This document shows positions 1 to 9,335 of a stretch of 64,000 nt of DNA, piece by piece (the stretch's first letter is position 1; each line of letters begins with the position of its first letter). The notes beneath the pieces are model-generated. The model searched no databases and was not told where the DNA came from. It was given only the letters and a program-made list of their open reading frames with translations. Made by a program: the position numbers and the translations under genes. Location: positions 31,047 to 95,046 of the forward strand of contig JBNAVT010000003.1 of assembly GCA_049700215.1 (NCBI GenBank). The letters run 5' to 3'. The DNA is from Thermoproteota archaeon (GTDB taxonomy: Archaea > Thermoproteota > EX4484-205 > JAAOZP01).

Positions 1-82
1 TAACTCGGCAGCCTCATTCTTTTTGACGAACATTTCATCATAACTTATTTTTCCCTGTCTCACCTGAACGCTTCTATTATCA

Positions 83-96
83 AGCGCGCGCGTGCT
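83..96. repeat. GC-alternating palindromic motif copy (AGCGCGCGCGTGCT)
   Basis: Read directly; one mismatch from a perfect palindrome; followed by a T-tract. Confidence 0.8.
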
Positions 97-198
97 ACTA
101 GAATTTTTTTCACTCCAAAATATTTATTATACGTATTCTCTACGAGTTAAAGAAACTTGTCTATCGTTTAAAAACTGTTGGTTCCTGTAACCGATGTG

Positions 199-657
199 TC
201 ACCAGTAAATCAAGCGTACACAATGATGAAAAACAACCTGTTTGCTCGTAGGGTTGTCTGCGTAGCAATGCATGTAAAGCTTCTCGCCTTTCTTAACGAG
301 GAAGTAACCCGATGGGAAGTATTCGTACACGCATACGTCGTTAACACCGCTTACTTCAGAGTAATAGTCTCTTCCGCAGTATCCGAAATAGCCTTTCTCC
401 CCGATTGGCTCCATTCCAGTACCTTTCTCACTCCATTTAACCCAAGGGTTATCAGGATTCTTTGACAGCACGTGCCCATTATCAGTAGGGTAGCCCCCGC
501 TGCTAACTCCTATGAAGTGTTCAATAGCCACTATGTGCATTTCCTCTTCCGCACTAATGCTTTCAGACCTCTTGTCGACTGTTTTAGGCGGAACCGGGTA
601 AGCCATCGTGTTGATAGTTATTGACTTCAACTCCTTTCCTCCAGCTCTCCTGCTCAT
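199..657 (-). CDS. Hypothetical His-rich, probably beta-rich protein (152 aa); intact copy of a locally duplicated gene
   Basis: ORF 199..720, with a likelier ATG at 657. A diverged paralog at 2189-2655 conserves the protein sequence, supporting coding status. Confidence 0.7.
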   Translation of the reverse strand: MSRRAGGKELKSITINTMAYPVPPKTVDKRSESISAEEEMHIVAIEHFIGVSSGGYPTDNGHVLSKNPDNPWVKWSEKGTGMEPIGEKGYFGYCGRDYYSEVSGVNDVCVYEYFPSGYFLVKKGEKLYMHCYADNPTSKQVVFHHCVRLIYW

Positions 658-728
658 AGTTTCCCGTTCAACGGTTCTGCTATTTATGCTTTTAAGATCA
701 GCCACGCTTCCCAGATGCACGTGTGAAG

Positions 729-742
729 AGCGTGCGCGCTAA
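729..742. repeat. GC-alternating palindromic motif copy (AGCGTGCGCGCTAA)
   Basis: Read directly; left border of the beta-helix fragment. Confidence 0.75.
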
Positions 743-1024
743 CATAGTTGTTGAGGGCAATGGACACATCAAGCTGCGCCGGTTTCACCTCTGAATGCGG
801 GATATTTCTTGAGAAGGTGAATAACGTCACGCTTAGAAACGTTAGGGTGGTGGACTTTGAGAATGGCATTGGCTTCAACTTTTCCTCCGGTAACAATCTC
901 GTGGAATGCACTTTCTCAGGTAATAATTTGGCTGGCGTCTTCCTATATTCCTCCAACAATAACATTGTTAACTGAACTGTTTCCAAAAATAGATCCGGCA
1001 TTGTTTCCTGATCCTCCTTTGACA
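743..1024 (+). pseudogene. Fragment of a right-handed parallel beta-helix (NosD/CASH-type) protein
   Basis: GIFLEKVNNVTLRNVRVVDFENGI...SSGNNLVECTFSGNNLAGVFLYSSNNNIVN has typical beta-helix repeats; it frameshifts into TVSKNRSGIV; no convincing start. Confidence 0.7.
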
Positions 1025-1036
1025 ACGCGCGCGCTA
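1025..1036. repeat. GC-alternating palindromic motif copy (ACGCGCGCGCTA)
   Basis: Read directly; right border of the beta-helix fragment; followed by a T-tract. Confidence 0.8.
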
Positions 1037-1112
1037 GCTTTTTTCTGCTTAAAGATTTTTCATGGACATTGTTAAAAATGCTTAATAAAAAGCTTTTTGT
1101 TTAAAAGGTAAC

Positions 1113-1361
1113 ATGGAAAAGACGATAGAAGAGATGGAGGAAGAACTGAGGGAGAAAACTATGTCCAGAGCTAAAGCCATAATGACGATATTCAAGCTTA
1201 GGGAAGAGTTTGGGGAGCAGTATCTTCAAAAGAGGCGTGGAAGAGTAAGGAGTGAGGAGGAGCTTCGTAGGCTTGCTGAAGCATGCAGGTTGAACTGGAA
1301 ATTTATGGAGGAGGTGGGTATGATACGACGCAACGACGAGGAAATTCTAGTGAGAATATGA
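1113..1361 (+). CDS. Small helical protein, putative antitoxin/partner of the downstream nucleotidyltransferase
   Basis: 82 aa, charged; AT-rich promoter upstream; ATGA overlap with the next gene. Confidence 0.65.
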   Translation: MEKTIEEMEEELREKTMSRAKAIMTIFKLREEFGEQYLQKRRGRVRSEEELRRLAEACRLNWKFMEEVGMIRRNDEEILVRI

Positions 1362-1954
1362 TTTCAGAGTTCAGGGAGAAGTTCGCTTCGTTTATCGATA
1401 AATTAACATCCATCAGGGATAGTACTACAAGATTCCTCATGTTAATAGCCTTCATCAACACTTTTATGGAGGAGCGTGGCTTGGGAAGAATAACGGTTTC
1501 CAGGGGCTTTGCTGCAGAATTCTACAGTGGCGGCGGGTACAGGACTTTAGACATCGATGTCATAGTCGAAGGAAAGCCGAATGCCGCGGATTTACTAAAG
1601 AAGTTTTTAAAATCCGTTGGATATGTTGAATCCGGAAGAGTTTATGTGTCAACGTTTTCGAGTTTGGTCGTTAAAGCGCTCGACATAGTTGGCACGATCT
1701 ACGATAAGCCTAAGCCTCCGATTAAGATAAGGATAAATGATTACCGAGTTTACATGATTCCACCCGAGGAAGCCATAATATATGCTTTGGCAGCGGCCAA
1801 GTTTTGGTCCTCGGCTTCGGATTTCGAAAGGGCTGTCTTGGTTTACGCTACGCAGAAGGAAAACATAGATGTCGCCTATCTTGAAACACGAGCCGCTGAG
1901 GAAAATGTAAAGGATTACTTAGATAAAATAATGGAATTATCGGAAAACGTCTAG
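1358..1954 (+). CDS. Pol-beta superfamily nucleotidyltransferase (DUF6036/AbiEii-like)
   Basis: RGFAAEFYSGGGYRTLDIDVIV matches the GGxA...RxTxDxD motif; C-terminal DVAYLETRA; ATG at 1358 overlaps the upstream stop. Confidence 0.7.
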   Translation: MISEFREKFASFIDKLTSIRDSTTRFLMLIAFINTFMEERGLGRITVSRGFAAEFYSGGGYRTLDIDVIVEGKPNAADLLKKFLKSVGYVESGRVYVSTFSSLVVKALDIVGTIYDKPKPPIKIRINDYRVYMIPPEEAIIYALAAAKFWSSASDFERAVLVYATQKENIDVAYLETRAAEENVKDYLDKIMELSENV

Positions 1955-2020
1955 CCTAGATGCTAACCTTCCAACCTTCCAAGCATTTTCGGGCGAGAAA
2001 GGTTTCGATCCACGCACGCT

Positions 2021-2114
2021 ACGGGTAGTATTGGAAAAATTTTGGCAACGGGTCTTCGTCAAGCACTCTATAGGTCGGCATCTTTATTTTCTCAATACGC
2101 CATATAATGGTCAT
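2021..2114 (-). pseudogene. Orphan 5' gene fragment resembling a DUF5107-family N-terminus
   Basis: Manual translation MTIIWRIEKIKMPTYRVLDEDPLPNFSNTT with a TATA-like element upstream; resemblance ends at motif ACGCACGCTA (2012-2021). Confidence 0.45.
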
Positions 2115-2145
2115 AGTGACCTAGGGAGACACTATTAACAGTTTT

Positions 2146-2159
2146 TAGCGCGCGCGCTA
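2146..2159. repeat. Perfect 14-bp palindrome TAGCGCGCGCGCTA
   Basis: Read directly. Confidence 0.9.
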
Positions 2160-2188
2160 GTTTTTTCCTTCAGGGGCTAACTTCCATG

Positions 2189-2655
2189 CTACCAGTAAAT
2201 CAAGCGTATGGCATGATGGAAACCAACTTGGTTGCTTGTAGGGTTAGCGGCGTAGCAGTGCATGTAAAGCCTCTCTCCTTTCTTGACGAGAAAATAGCCG
2301 GATGGGAAGCTTTCATAAATACACACGCCGCTGATCTCGCTTACTTCAGAATAGTAGCCTCTTCCACAGTATCCAAATAGCATTTCTCCCCAGTTGGCTC
2401 CATCCCGGTGCCTTTCCCACTCCATTTAACCCAAGGGTTCTCCGGGCTTTTGGACAGAATGTGGCCGTTATCAGTAGGAAAGCCTCCTGCACTAACCCCT
2501 ATGAAGTGTCCAATTGCCACTATAAGCATATCTTCGCCTGCGATAATGCTTTCAGACCTTCTGTCAACTTTCCCAGGGGGGGAACGGTGTATGCCATTGT
2601 TTTAATGGTTATTGTCTTTAATTCTTTTTCTCTATGTTTACTCTGCTCCGCCTAA
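2189..2655 (-). pseudogene. Frameshifted paralog of the 199..657 gene
   Basis: Three frames give KELKTITIKTMAYTVPP / GKVDRRSESI...GMEPTGEK / FGYCGRGYYSEVS...FHHAIRLIYW. Frameshifts at the G7 run (2576-2582) and a 1-nt deletion near 2375. Confidence 0.8.
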
Positions 2656-2683
2656 TATGCTTTCTTCAAAAAGTCGCCGAAGG

Positions 2684-3973
2684 TTAAACAGCCAGCCTCT
2701 TTAAGAGTGAAACGCTTTCTTCGATCAGGGTTTCAGCAGCCCCCTTGGCAAGACGGTTCCACCATACAGGAGTAACCTCATATCCGCCCTGTTCATACGC
2801 CTCGGATGTAGCTATGTATCCACAATACCCGTTCGCATAGGAGACGATGAGAGTTGGGCTTAAGGGAGAGCCCTTCTTGATGCGTATGCCTACTTCAACA
2901 AGGGGCTCACCCGGTATTCCAACCAGCGCTGCGCCACCTATTCGAAACGCCTGCAACGTTGTTTCAACCGTCTTCTCCATAGGCATTTCACGGATCATTC
3001 TAAGGTTTTTCTCGTAATAGTTTAGAATAGCCTTGTTCCTCATTATTGTCTCCGCGTCAGCGTTCCTAGCCTTAAGCTCGGAAACATATTTCTCCTGGTT
3101 CTCTACGAGTCTGCGGGCCGCTTCCTCTGAAAGCTCAGCCAACGGTAGCGTAACCTTCTTCTCAAAACCCCGGATAACAGGCTCCTCCTCCATCTTTATA
3201 AACCTCATAGTGTTGAGGGCTGCATAAGCCACTACTCTCCCAATGGCTTCAACATCCTCAAACCCCCCTGGGCAGGCATACCCCATTGAGGATACGGGGT
3301 TAACATCCCCGTCCGCGCCGTTCATGAAAAGAGCCACGTGGCCAGCGTTAAGCATCGACTCTATGGTTCTCGATACCGCACCAGGGTAGTCCGCTGAAAT
3401 AAGATAGTTAGTGTCCCCCAGCACAACCCCGTGGCACGCGTAGTTCACGAGGGAGGCAACCGGGCTGCCGGATTCATCCTTAACGAGCAGAACGCTAACG
3501 TCGGGGTCAACAGGCCCGCTGAAGCTCCTCCTGTTGAAGCCTACGATGACTCTTCCAACACCCCAGCCTAGTTTCGCCGTCCGCGCCTTCTCCACGGATT
3601 TCAAGGCTGCCGCCAGCATTCTCTCCAGGAGAATACTCGAATAGTTTCCCAAGCCTGCTCCAGAAACGTCTGCAGTAATGTCTGGGGGAAGCGAGGGGCC
3701 GGAGTGCGTGTGTGTCGCGGAAACCAGTATACAGTTCTCCTCCAGTCCAAGCCTCGCAGCCAGCTCCCTCTTCACCTCCGCGGCTAACGAGTCGGGAACA
3801 TTCAGAAGGTCGTTCGCGATAAGCAGTGAAGCGCCTCCACGCCCCTCAAGATAGAGCACCCTCGTGTAGAGATTATCGTGCACACCCTCAGCCCCCTTGT
3901 ATCTTGCTGCGAAACCACCCATCTTGACGCCGACGGGTGGAGTAATATCCTTCTTCGACGCTCCGGCTCGCAT
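2684..3973 (-). CDS. Neutral/alkaline ceramidase-family hydrolase
   Basis: DITPP, GVHDNLYTR, ATHTHSGP, NYACHG, SADYPG, GADGDVNP, PGEP, YANGYCGY motifs. Confidence 0.9.
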   Translation of the reverse strand: MRAGASKKDITPPVGVKMGGFAARYKGAEGVHDNLYTRVLYLEGRGGASLLIANDLLNVPDSLAAEVKRELAARLGLEENCILVSATHTHSGPSLPPDITADVSGAGLGNYSSILLERMLAAALKSVEKARTAKLGWGVGRVIVGFNRRSFSGPVDPDVSVLLVKDESGSPVASLVNYACHGVVLGDTNYLISADYPGAVSRTIESMLNAGHVALFMNGADGDVNPVSSMGYACPGGFEDVEAIGRVVAYAALNTMRFIKMEEEPVIRGFEKKVTLPLAELSEEAARRLVENQEKYVSELKARNADAETIMRNKAILNYYEKNLRMIREMPMEKTVETTLQAFRIGGAALVGIPGEPLVEVGIRIKKGSPLSPTLIVSYANGYCGYIATSEAYEQGGYEVTPVWWNRLAKGAAETLIEESVSLLKRLAV

Positions 3974-4127
3974 GCGGCAACGTGTTTAACAATCCTATTA
4001 AACCTTTAACGAGTCGTCGAGCCGAACGTTCGAGTAAACCCCCTGTCTTGAGCATAAGTCTTCCCGCTGTTTCCAGATAGGTTTTTAAGGTTCTCCAAGC
4101 CGGCTTTTTTGAAAGGTAGAGGCTGGG

Positions 4128-6752
4128 TTGGCTGAGCCTTCGAGCAGCGTCAGGATCCACCTTGTCCCGACTTTCCACTACGACCTCGCGTATTTAATGA
4201 GTTTCGAAGAGTATCTTCCGAGGCTTAGACACATTTTCACGGAGGTGTTGAACATTATGGAGAAGAGCCCTGAGTACACGTACATGTTTGAACAAGCCTT
4301 GCTGGTGAAACTGTTCCGCAGGCTCTGCCCCGAGCACTTGGAGGATTTGAGGAAACTGGTTTCATCCGGGAGAATCGAGGTCACCGGCCCATATGTGCAG
4401 ACGGACAACAATATTCCTTCAGGAGAATCCCTTGTCCGCAACGCGGTTCTAGCCAGAAGAATAATTGAGGAAACAGGGGGGAGCACTAAAACAGCCTGGA
4501 TGGGCGACGTCTTCGGGCAGAACGCTCAGACCCCGCAGATCGCCAGGCTCTGCGGCTATGAATACTTGCAGTTTAGCCGGGGCCTTTCCAGGGAGGGCGT
4601 TAAACCAGTATTCTTCTGGGAGGCCCTGGACGGCACGAGATTGTTAACCTACTGCGGCGAGTACGGCGGCGTCCAGTTCACGCAGAGCGTTGAGGAAAAC
4701 CTGAGGAGGATAAGAGCGGTGGTTGAAAAACTATTAGGCAGCTCGGCTGCTGGCGAGGCTCTCCTCCCAAGCGGGGGCGACTGGGCTGTTCCAACTCAAA
4801 ACACTCCTGAAACCGTTAGAAGATGGAACCAGGAGAATGTTTTAAAGATCTTTTTCTCAACCGCCACCGGCTTCTTCGAATCCGTGGCTGGGAAGAAAGT
4901 TGGACTGCAGGCCGTTAAGGGAGATATGAACCCGGTGATGCGTGGAACCTACAGCAGCAGGATCAGGCTTAAGATTCGAAACAGGCAGGTGGAGAACCTG
5001 CTTACCACTGCTGAGAAGCTTTCAACAATCTGTTCCCTAATGGGGGCTGAGTATCCGCGTGAAAAACTGGAGGAGGCTTGGGAGAAAGTCCTGCTCAACC
5101 AGTTTCACGACGTGATCTGCGGAAGCTGCGTGGACACTGTTTTCGAGCAGGCTTTACAATGGTATGCGGAGAGCGAGAGGGTTGCGAGCAGGATTATAGA
5201 CGAGAGCCTTGAATACTTATCCGCGAGGATTGACTCGAGCAGGGGCGAGGGCAGGGCGATACTCGTGTTCAACCCCCTGGGCTTCGACAGGCGTGACGTA
5301 GTGAAGCTGCGGGTTACTTTCGTAAAGCCGGGTGTTAGAGCCGTCCGTGTTTTCGACGACGAGGGCAGGGAGGTCCCCGTGCAGCTTGCGGAGGAGAAGT
5401 ATTACGGTGAGGAGCCACCGCCCCACCTGCCCGTCAGCGCGGAGATCGAGTTCCGCGAGGAGCCGGCTGAACCCGGCTACACGAGGGTTGAGAAAAACTC
5501 CTCTAGAAGGGTTGAAGCCAGAGACCTCAGGGAGGCTGTGGTGATGTTCATCGCGGAGGTGCCGGCCCTAGGCTACAGGGTTTTCCACATGCAGGAGGCG
5601 AGCGGGGAGCAGAAGTATTCAAGCAGCCTCCGTGTCTCCGGAAACGTTTTAGAAAACAGTTTTCACAGGATTGTTTTCAACGAGGACGGGACGATAAGAA
5701 GCATCGTCGACAAGGAGACTGGTTTAGAGTATGTTGACCAGGAGAAGCCTTTCGCAAACAATCTCCTGCTGCAGATCGACCGGGGAGACCTGTACACTAT
5801 CATGCCTATGCTCGACCCCAGGGATCCCCTGCCAATGCTGGTGAGGGAGAAGCTTGCTCAACTAGCCCGGGAGTTCCACCTGGAGGACCTTAAGCTCTGG
5901 GACTATGTTGAGTCGAGAAACATGCCTGTGAAAATAGAGGTTTTAGAGGAGGGCCCTGTTAGGGCCACCGTCAGGGTCTCCGGGGTCCTCAGGTTCTGGG
6001 TTGGCATAAGCATAGCGTTCACCCAGCTTATCCACCTCTACGACGGTTTGAAAAGAATAGATTTTGAAACAAGGCTAACGCCCTCCGGTAAACAGTACAG
6101 GGTTAGAGTATGTTTCCCGACCAGCATTAGGAACGGGAAGATAAGGCATGAAACGCCTTTCGGCCATGTTGAGCGTCCCGAGGGAGAGTATCCAGCGCAG
6201 AACTGGATTGACTACAGCGACGACGAGAAGGGGTTGTGCCTGGTTAACTGCGGCCTCCCGGGGAACAATGTTGTCGACAACGTTGCAATAATCTCGCTTC
6301 TGAGAAGCGTCGCCTTCGAGTATAAGGGTGTTAGCGAGAAAGGGTTTGAGGAGAATGTGCCGCACTCTTTCAAATACTCTCTAATCCCGTTTAAGAAGGG
6401 TGACCCGGATTACCAGCCTTGGAACCATGGTGCTGAGCCTAACAACACGCTTGTCGCGAAAACAGTTTCAAAATCCAGCGGGCCGCTTCCACCCAGGCAC
6501 AGCTTCCTCAGAACCGAGCCGAGCAGCATAGTTTTATCCTCCCTGACGCGGGAGGATGGTCATACTCTAGTAAGGGTTTACGAGGCGAAGGGTGTGAAGA
6601 CTCCTTGCAGAATATGGGTCACACTGCCGTTTAAACGGGCGACGGAGGTAGACTGTTTAAACAGGGAGACGGGAAGCCGGGTTGAGGCCCTGAGTGAAAC
6701 CGTGAGTCTCGAGTTAAACGCTTTCCAGATAAAAACAGTTAGGCTATGGTAG
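4128..6752 (+). CDS. Glycoside hydrolase family 38 alpha-mannosidase
   Basis: HYDLAYL, GESLVRN, WMGDVFG, FWEALDGT, NQFHDVICGS, EGPVRA, ETPFG, SLLRS motifs. Confidence 0.92.
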   Translation: MAEPSSSVRIHLVPTFHYDLAYLMSFEEYLPRLRHIFTEVLNIMEKSPEYTYMFEQALLVKLFRRLCPEHLEDLRKLVSSGRIEVTGPYVQTDNNIPSGESLVRNAVLARRIIEETGGSTKTAWMGDVFGQNAQTPQIARLCGYEYLQFSRGLSREGVKPVFFWEALDGTRLLTYCGEYGGVQFTQSVEENLRRIRAVVEKLLGSSAAGEALLPSGGDWAVPTQNTPETVRRWNQENVLKIFFSTATGFFESVAGKKVGLQAVKGDMNPVMRGTYSSRIRLKIRNRQVENLLTTAEKLSTICSLMGAEYPREKLEEAWEKVLLNQFHDVICGSCVDTVFEQALQWYAESERVASRIIDESLEYLSARIDSSRGEGRAILVFNPLGFDRRDVVKLRVTFVKPGVRAVRVFDDEGREVPVQLAEEKYYGEEPPPHLPVSAEIEFREEPAEPGYTRVEKNSSRRVEARDLREAVVMFIAEVPALGYRVFHMQEASGEQKYSSSLRVSGNVLENSFHRIVFNEDGTIRSIVDKETGLEYVDQEKPFANNLLLQIDRGDLYTIMPMLDPRDPLPMLVREKLAQLAREFHLEDLKLWDYVESRNMPVKIEVLEEGPVRATVRVSGVLRFWVGISIAFTQLIHLYDGLKRIDFETRLTPSGKQYRVRVCFPTSIRNGKIRHETPFGHVERPEGEYPAQNWIDYSDDEKGLCLVNCGLPGNNVVDNVAIISLLRSVAFEYKGVSEKGFEENVPHSFKYSLIPFKKGDPDYQPWNHGAEPNNTLVAKTVSKSSGPLPPRHSFLRTEPSSIVLSSLTREDGHTLVRVYEAKGVKTPCRIWVTLPFKRATEVDCLNRETGSRVEALSETVSLELNAFQIKTVRLW

Positions 6753-6800
6753 TGGAATGCTTAAATCCATGCGCACGCTTTAACCGGAGAGTGGTGCCGT

Positions 6801-7823
6801 ATGTCTGAAAAGGTTAGGATAGGGTTTGTAGGCTGCGGCGGGATAGCTGTGGCGCACGCTAAGGCTCTTGTCAACAACCCGAGTGTGGAGCTAGCCGCCT
6901 TCTGCGACGTGAACCCTGAGCGCGCTAAAAACCTAGCCTCCCAGTATGGCGAGAGTGGAGCAGTCTTCTACAGCAGGGCTGAGGAAATGTTTAGAAACAC
7001 GAGCTTGGACGCTGTCTACTTCTGCCTGCCGCCGTTCGCCCACGGGGCTGAGTTTGAAGCCATAGACCGGGGAATACCCTTCTTCGTGGAGAAACCGGTA
7101 AACCTCTACCTGGAGCAGGCTAGGGAGATAGCTGCGGCGGTTGAGAGAAAAAGGGTTTTAACGAGCGTAGGGTACATGAACCGTTACCGCGCCGGGGTAC
7201 AGAGGGTAAGGGGGATTCTGAAGAATGACCCGCCGATACTCGTGCTCGGAGGATGGATCGGGCAGACTCCACGCCTCACGCCTGAGGCAGCGATCTACAG
7301 CTGGTGGATCGTGAAGGAGAAGAGCGGGGGCCAGTTTCACGAGCAGGTTACTCACACGGTTGACCTAGTGAGGTTCATGTGTGGAGAGATCACTGAGGTC
7401 CAGGCCTATCCTGCTAAAGGGTTTAACAAGGGGGTTTCGCCCAACTACAGTATTGAGGACGCTAGCGTGGTGAACATTAAGCTGGCTAACGGGGCTGTTG
7501 GAAGCCTCTGGGCATCCTGCTCAGCAAACGGTGGTGGAGGGGGAGTAAGCCTAAGCGTCTACGCGAGTAATACTACGGCACTCTTCACAGGCTGGGAGCA
7601 CTCCCTACGCCTGCTGCGGGCCGGTGTTGAGCCGGAGGAGACGGCTGGGGAGCCGAATATTTTCGAAATAGAGGACAATGCTTTCATAGACGCCGTCAGG
7701 CTTAAGGATGCTTCGAAAATACTCTGCCCGTACTCAGACGGTTTGAAGACTCTCGAGGTGACGCTCGTAGCCAACAAGTCGATGGAGAGCGGAGAGCCCA
7801 TCAGGATCCCTGTGAAACAGTAA
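6801..7823 (+). CDS. Gfo/Idh/MocA family oxidoreductase
   Basis: GFVGCGGIA, VEKPV, VGYMNRY, SGGQFHEQVTHTVD. Confidence 0.93.
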   Translation: MSEKVRIGFVGCGGIAVAHAKALVNNPSVELAAFCDVNPERAKNLASQYGESGAVFYSRAEEMFRNTSLDAVYFCLPPFAHGAEFEAIDRGIPFFVEKPVNLYLEQAREIAAAVERKRVLTSVGYMNRYRAGVQRVRGILKNDPPILVLGGWIGQTPRLTPEAAIYSWWIVKEKSGGQFHEQVTHTVDLVRFMCGEITEVQAYPAKGFNKGVSPNYSIEDASVVNIKLANGAVGSLWASCSANGGGGGVSLSVYASNTTALFTGWEHSLRLLRAGVEPEETAGEPNIFEIEDNAFIDAVRLKDASKILCPYSDGLKTLEVTLVANKSMESGEPIRIPVKQ

Positions 7824-7901
7824 GGCTGACCCCTCCCGGAGTAGACGCGTCAGACGCTTTGGAAAAGCTTTAATAATCATCAGGCTTATCCTCACCGGTG
7901 A

Positions 7902-8684
7902 ATGAGAATGATAAGAGTCTTATACGTCGGGGACTCGGGGACGATGGCGCTGGCATACACGGGCTCACCCTTCTGGGTTGAGCAGAAGAATCTTGAAGTC
8001 AGGAACTTCGGCCTGCCCCTGTTAAACGCCCTCAAGGGGGACAGCGAGATCGAAGTGACTTACATGCCTACTTGGGAAGCCTACAGCAGTTTCCCGAAGC
8101 GCCTTGAAGACCTGTTGAACTACGATGTTTTAATACTGAGCGACGTTGAGTACGACTGCATAATATACTACCCGGAGTTCTACACGCCCAGCAAGTATGG
8201 CGAGCACATAGTGATGCCGAACAGGGTTGCAAACATCAGGGATTTCGTCAGAAAGGGGAGGGGGCTGGCGATGCTCGGCGGCTGGCAGAGCTTCGCGGGG
8301 AAATACGGGCACGCCCTTTGGCAGGGCACGCCTGTTGAGGAGGCGCTGCCGGTGAAAATGCTGGACAGGGATGACAGGGTTGAACACCCGGAGGGAGCAT
8401 TGATAAAAGCTTTGAAGGAAGACCACCCTGTCATGAGGAACATAGACTGGAATACTGCGCCGCCCCTCCTAGGCTATAACAGGGTTCTGCTTAAAGACGG
8501 GTCTGAGCTTCTAGCCACCGTGGGGGAGCGGGACGTGTTGATCGCTACCCGCAGGTTCGGCGAGGGGAGAAGCTTCGTCTTCACCTCAGACCCGGCTCCC
8601 CATTGGGGTATAAACTTCATGAAGTGGAGCTACTACGAAGTCTTCTGGAGGCAAGCGGTTCGATGGTTAGCTGGACGGCTCTAG
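7902..8684 (+). CDS. Class I glutamine amidotransferase-like protein (DUF1355/GATase1-like)
   Basis: YDVLILSDV, GLAMLGGWQSF, TPVEEALPV, DDRVEHPEG, GYNRV, GEGRS, SDPAPHW. Confidence 0.85.
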   Translation: MRMIRVLYVGDSGTMALAYTGSPFWVEQKNLEVRNFGLPLLNALKGDSEIEVTYMPTWEAYSSFPKRLEDLLNYDVLILSDVEYDCIIYYPEFYTPSKYGEHIVMPNRVANIRDFVRKGRGLAMLGGWQSFAGKYGHALWQGTPVEEALPVKMLDRDDRVEHPEGALIKALKEDHPVMRNIDWNTAPPLLGYNRVLLKDGSELLATVGERDVLIATRRFGEGRSFVFTSDPAPHWGINFMKWSYYEVFWRQAVRWLAGRL

Positions 8685-8757
8685 CTGTCCGACGGCAAGC
8701 TTGAAAAACCCTCTGCGCATGGCGTACACCGTGCTAGACGATAAGGCGTAGCCGTCT

Positions 8758-8877
8758 TAGCACGCTAGAGGCGTTGCTGCGCGTCGCGGGAGTTTCGACA
8801 TGAAAGTAAGCCTAGGGGAAAGTAGGGTTCATGTTCAATTCGTAAACGGTTTAAAGACGTCCGAATCAGCGCGTGCT
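8758..8877. repeat. Two degenerate motif copies (TAGCACGCTA 8758-8767; AGCGCGTGCT 8868-8877)
   Basis: Read directly in the intergenic region upstream of HEPN-MNT. Confidence 0.6.
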
Positions 8878-8933
8878 CAGAGTTTAATCAGGAGAGGGAA
8901 ACAGATAAATTGAAGCCATGAGATGTTCTACAC

Positions 8934-9335
8934 GTGGTAAGCAGGGCAAGAGATTTGATTGAAGATGCTGATGATTTCCTAGGGTCTGCTTTAGACCTGT
9001 TTAAAACCGGAAGGTGGTCAAAGGTGTGTTTCAACGCGCAACAGGCAGCGGAGCTTTCTCTCAAGGCGGTTTTAAACCATTATGGTGTCGAAAGGAGGAC
9101 GCACTCGCTTATCGACCTGATTGAGGAACTGGTTAAAATAGACAGTAGGTTTAAAGAGTTTCAAGAAAACGTTAAGATACTCGACCAGTACTATATTCCA
9201 ACAAGGTATGCTAATGCTTTTGCAAGCGGGCCTGCTAAAAGGCATTTTACAAGACTGCAGGCTGAGCAAGCAATAAGCTTGGCGAAATCCATTCTTGAGG
9301 AGGCGAGGAAGATTGTTGCCGAAGGAGAAGCTTAA
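8934..9335 (+). CDS. HEPN domain protein
   Basis: CFNAQQAAELSLKA, RTHSL, YYIPTRY are signature archaeal HEPN motifs. Confidence 0.9.
   Translation: MVSRARDLIEDADDFLGSALDLFKTGRWSKVCFNAQQAAELSLKAVLNHYGVERRTHSLIDLIEELVKIDSRFKEFQENVKILDQYYIPTRYANAFASGPAKRHFTRLQAEQAISLAKSILEEARKIVAEGEA

Noticed and set aside
83-2170. GC palindromes as simple intrinsic terminators
   Set aside because: Three copies are followed by T-tracts, but others lie inside broken genes or upstream of starts without T-tracts, so termination does not explain the set.
2576-2582. G7 tract as a phase-variation switch
   Set aside because: A second, non-homopolymer frameshift near 2375 would still break the gene.
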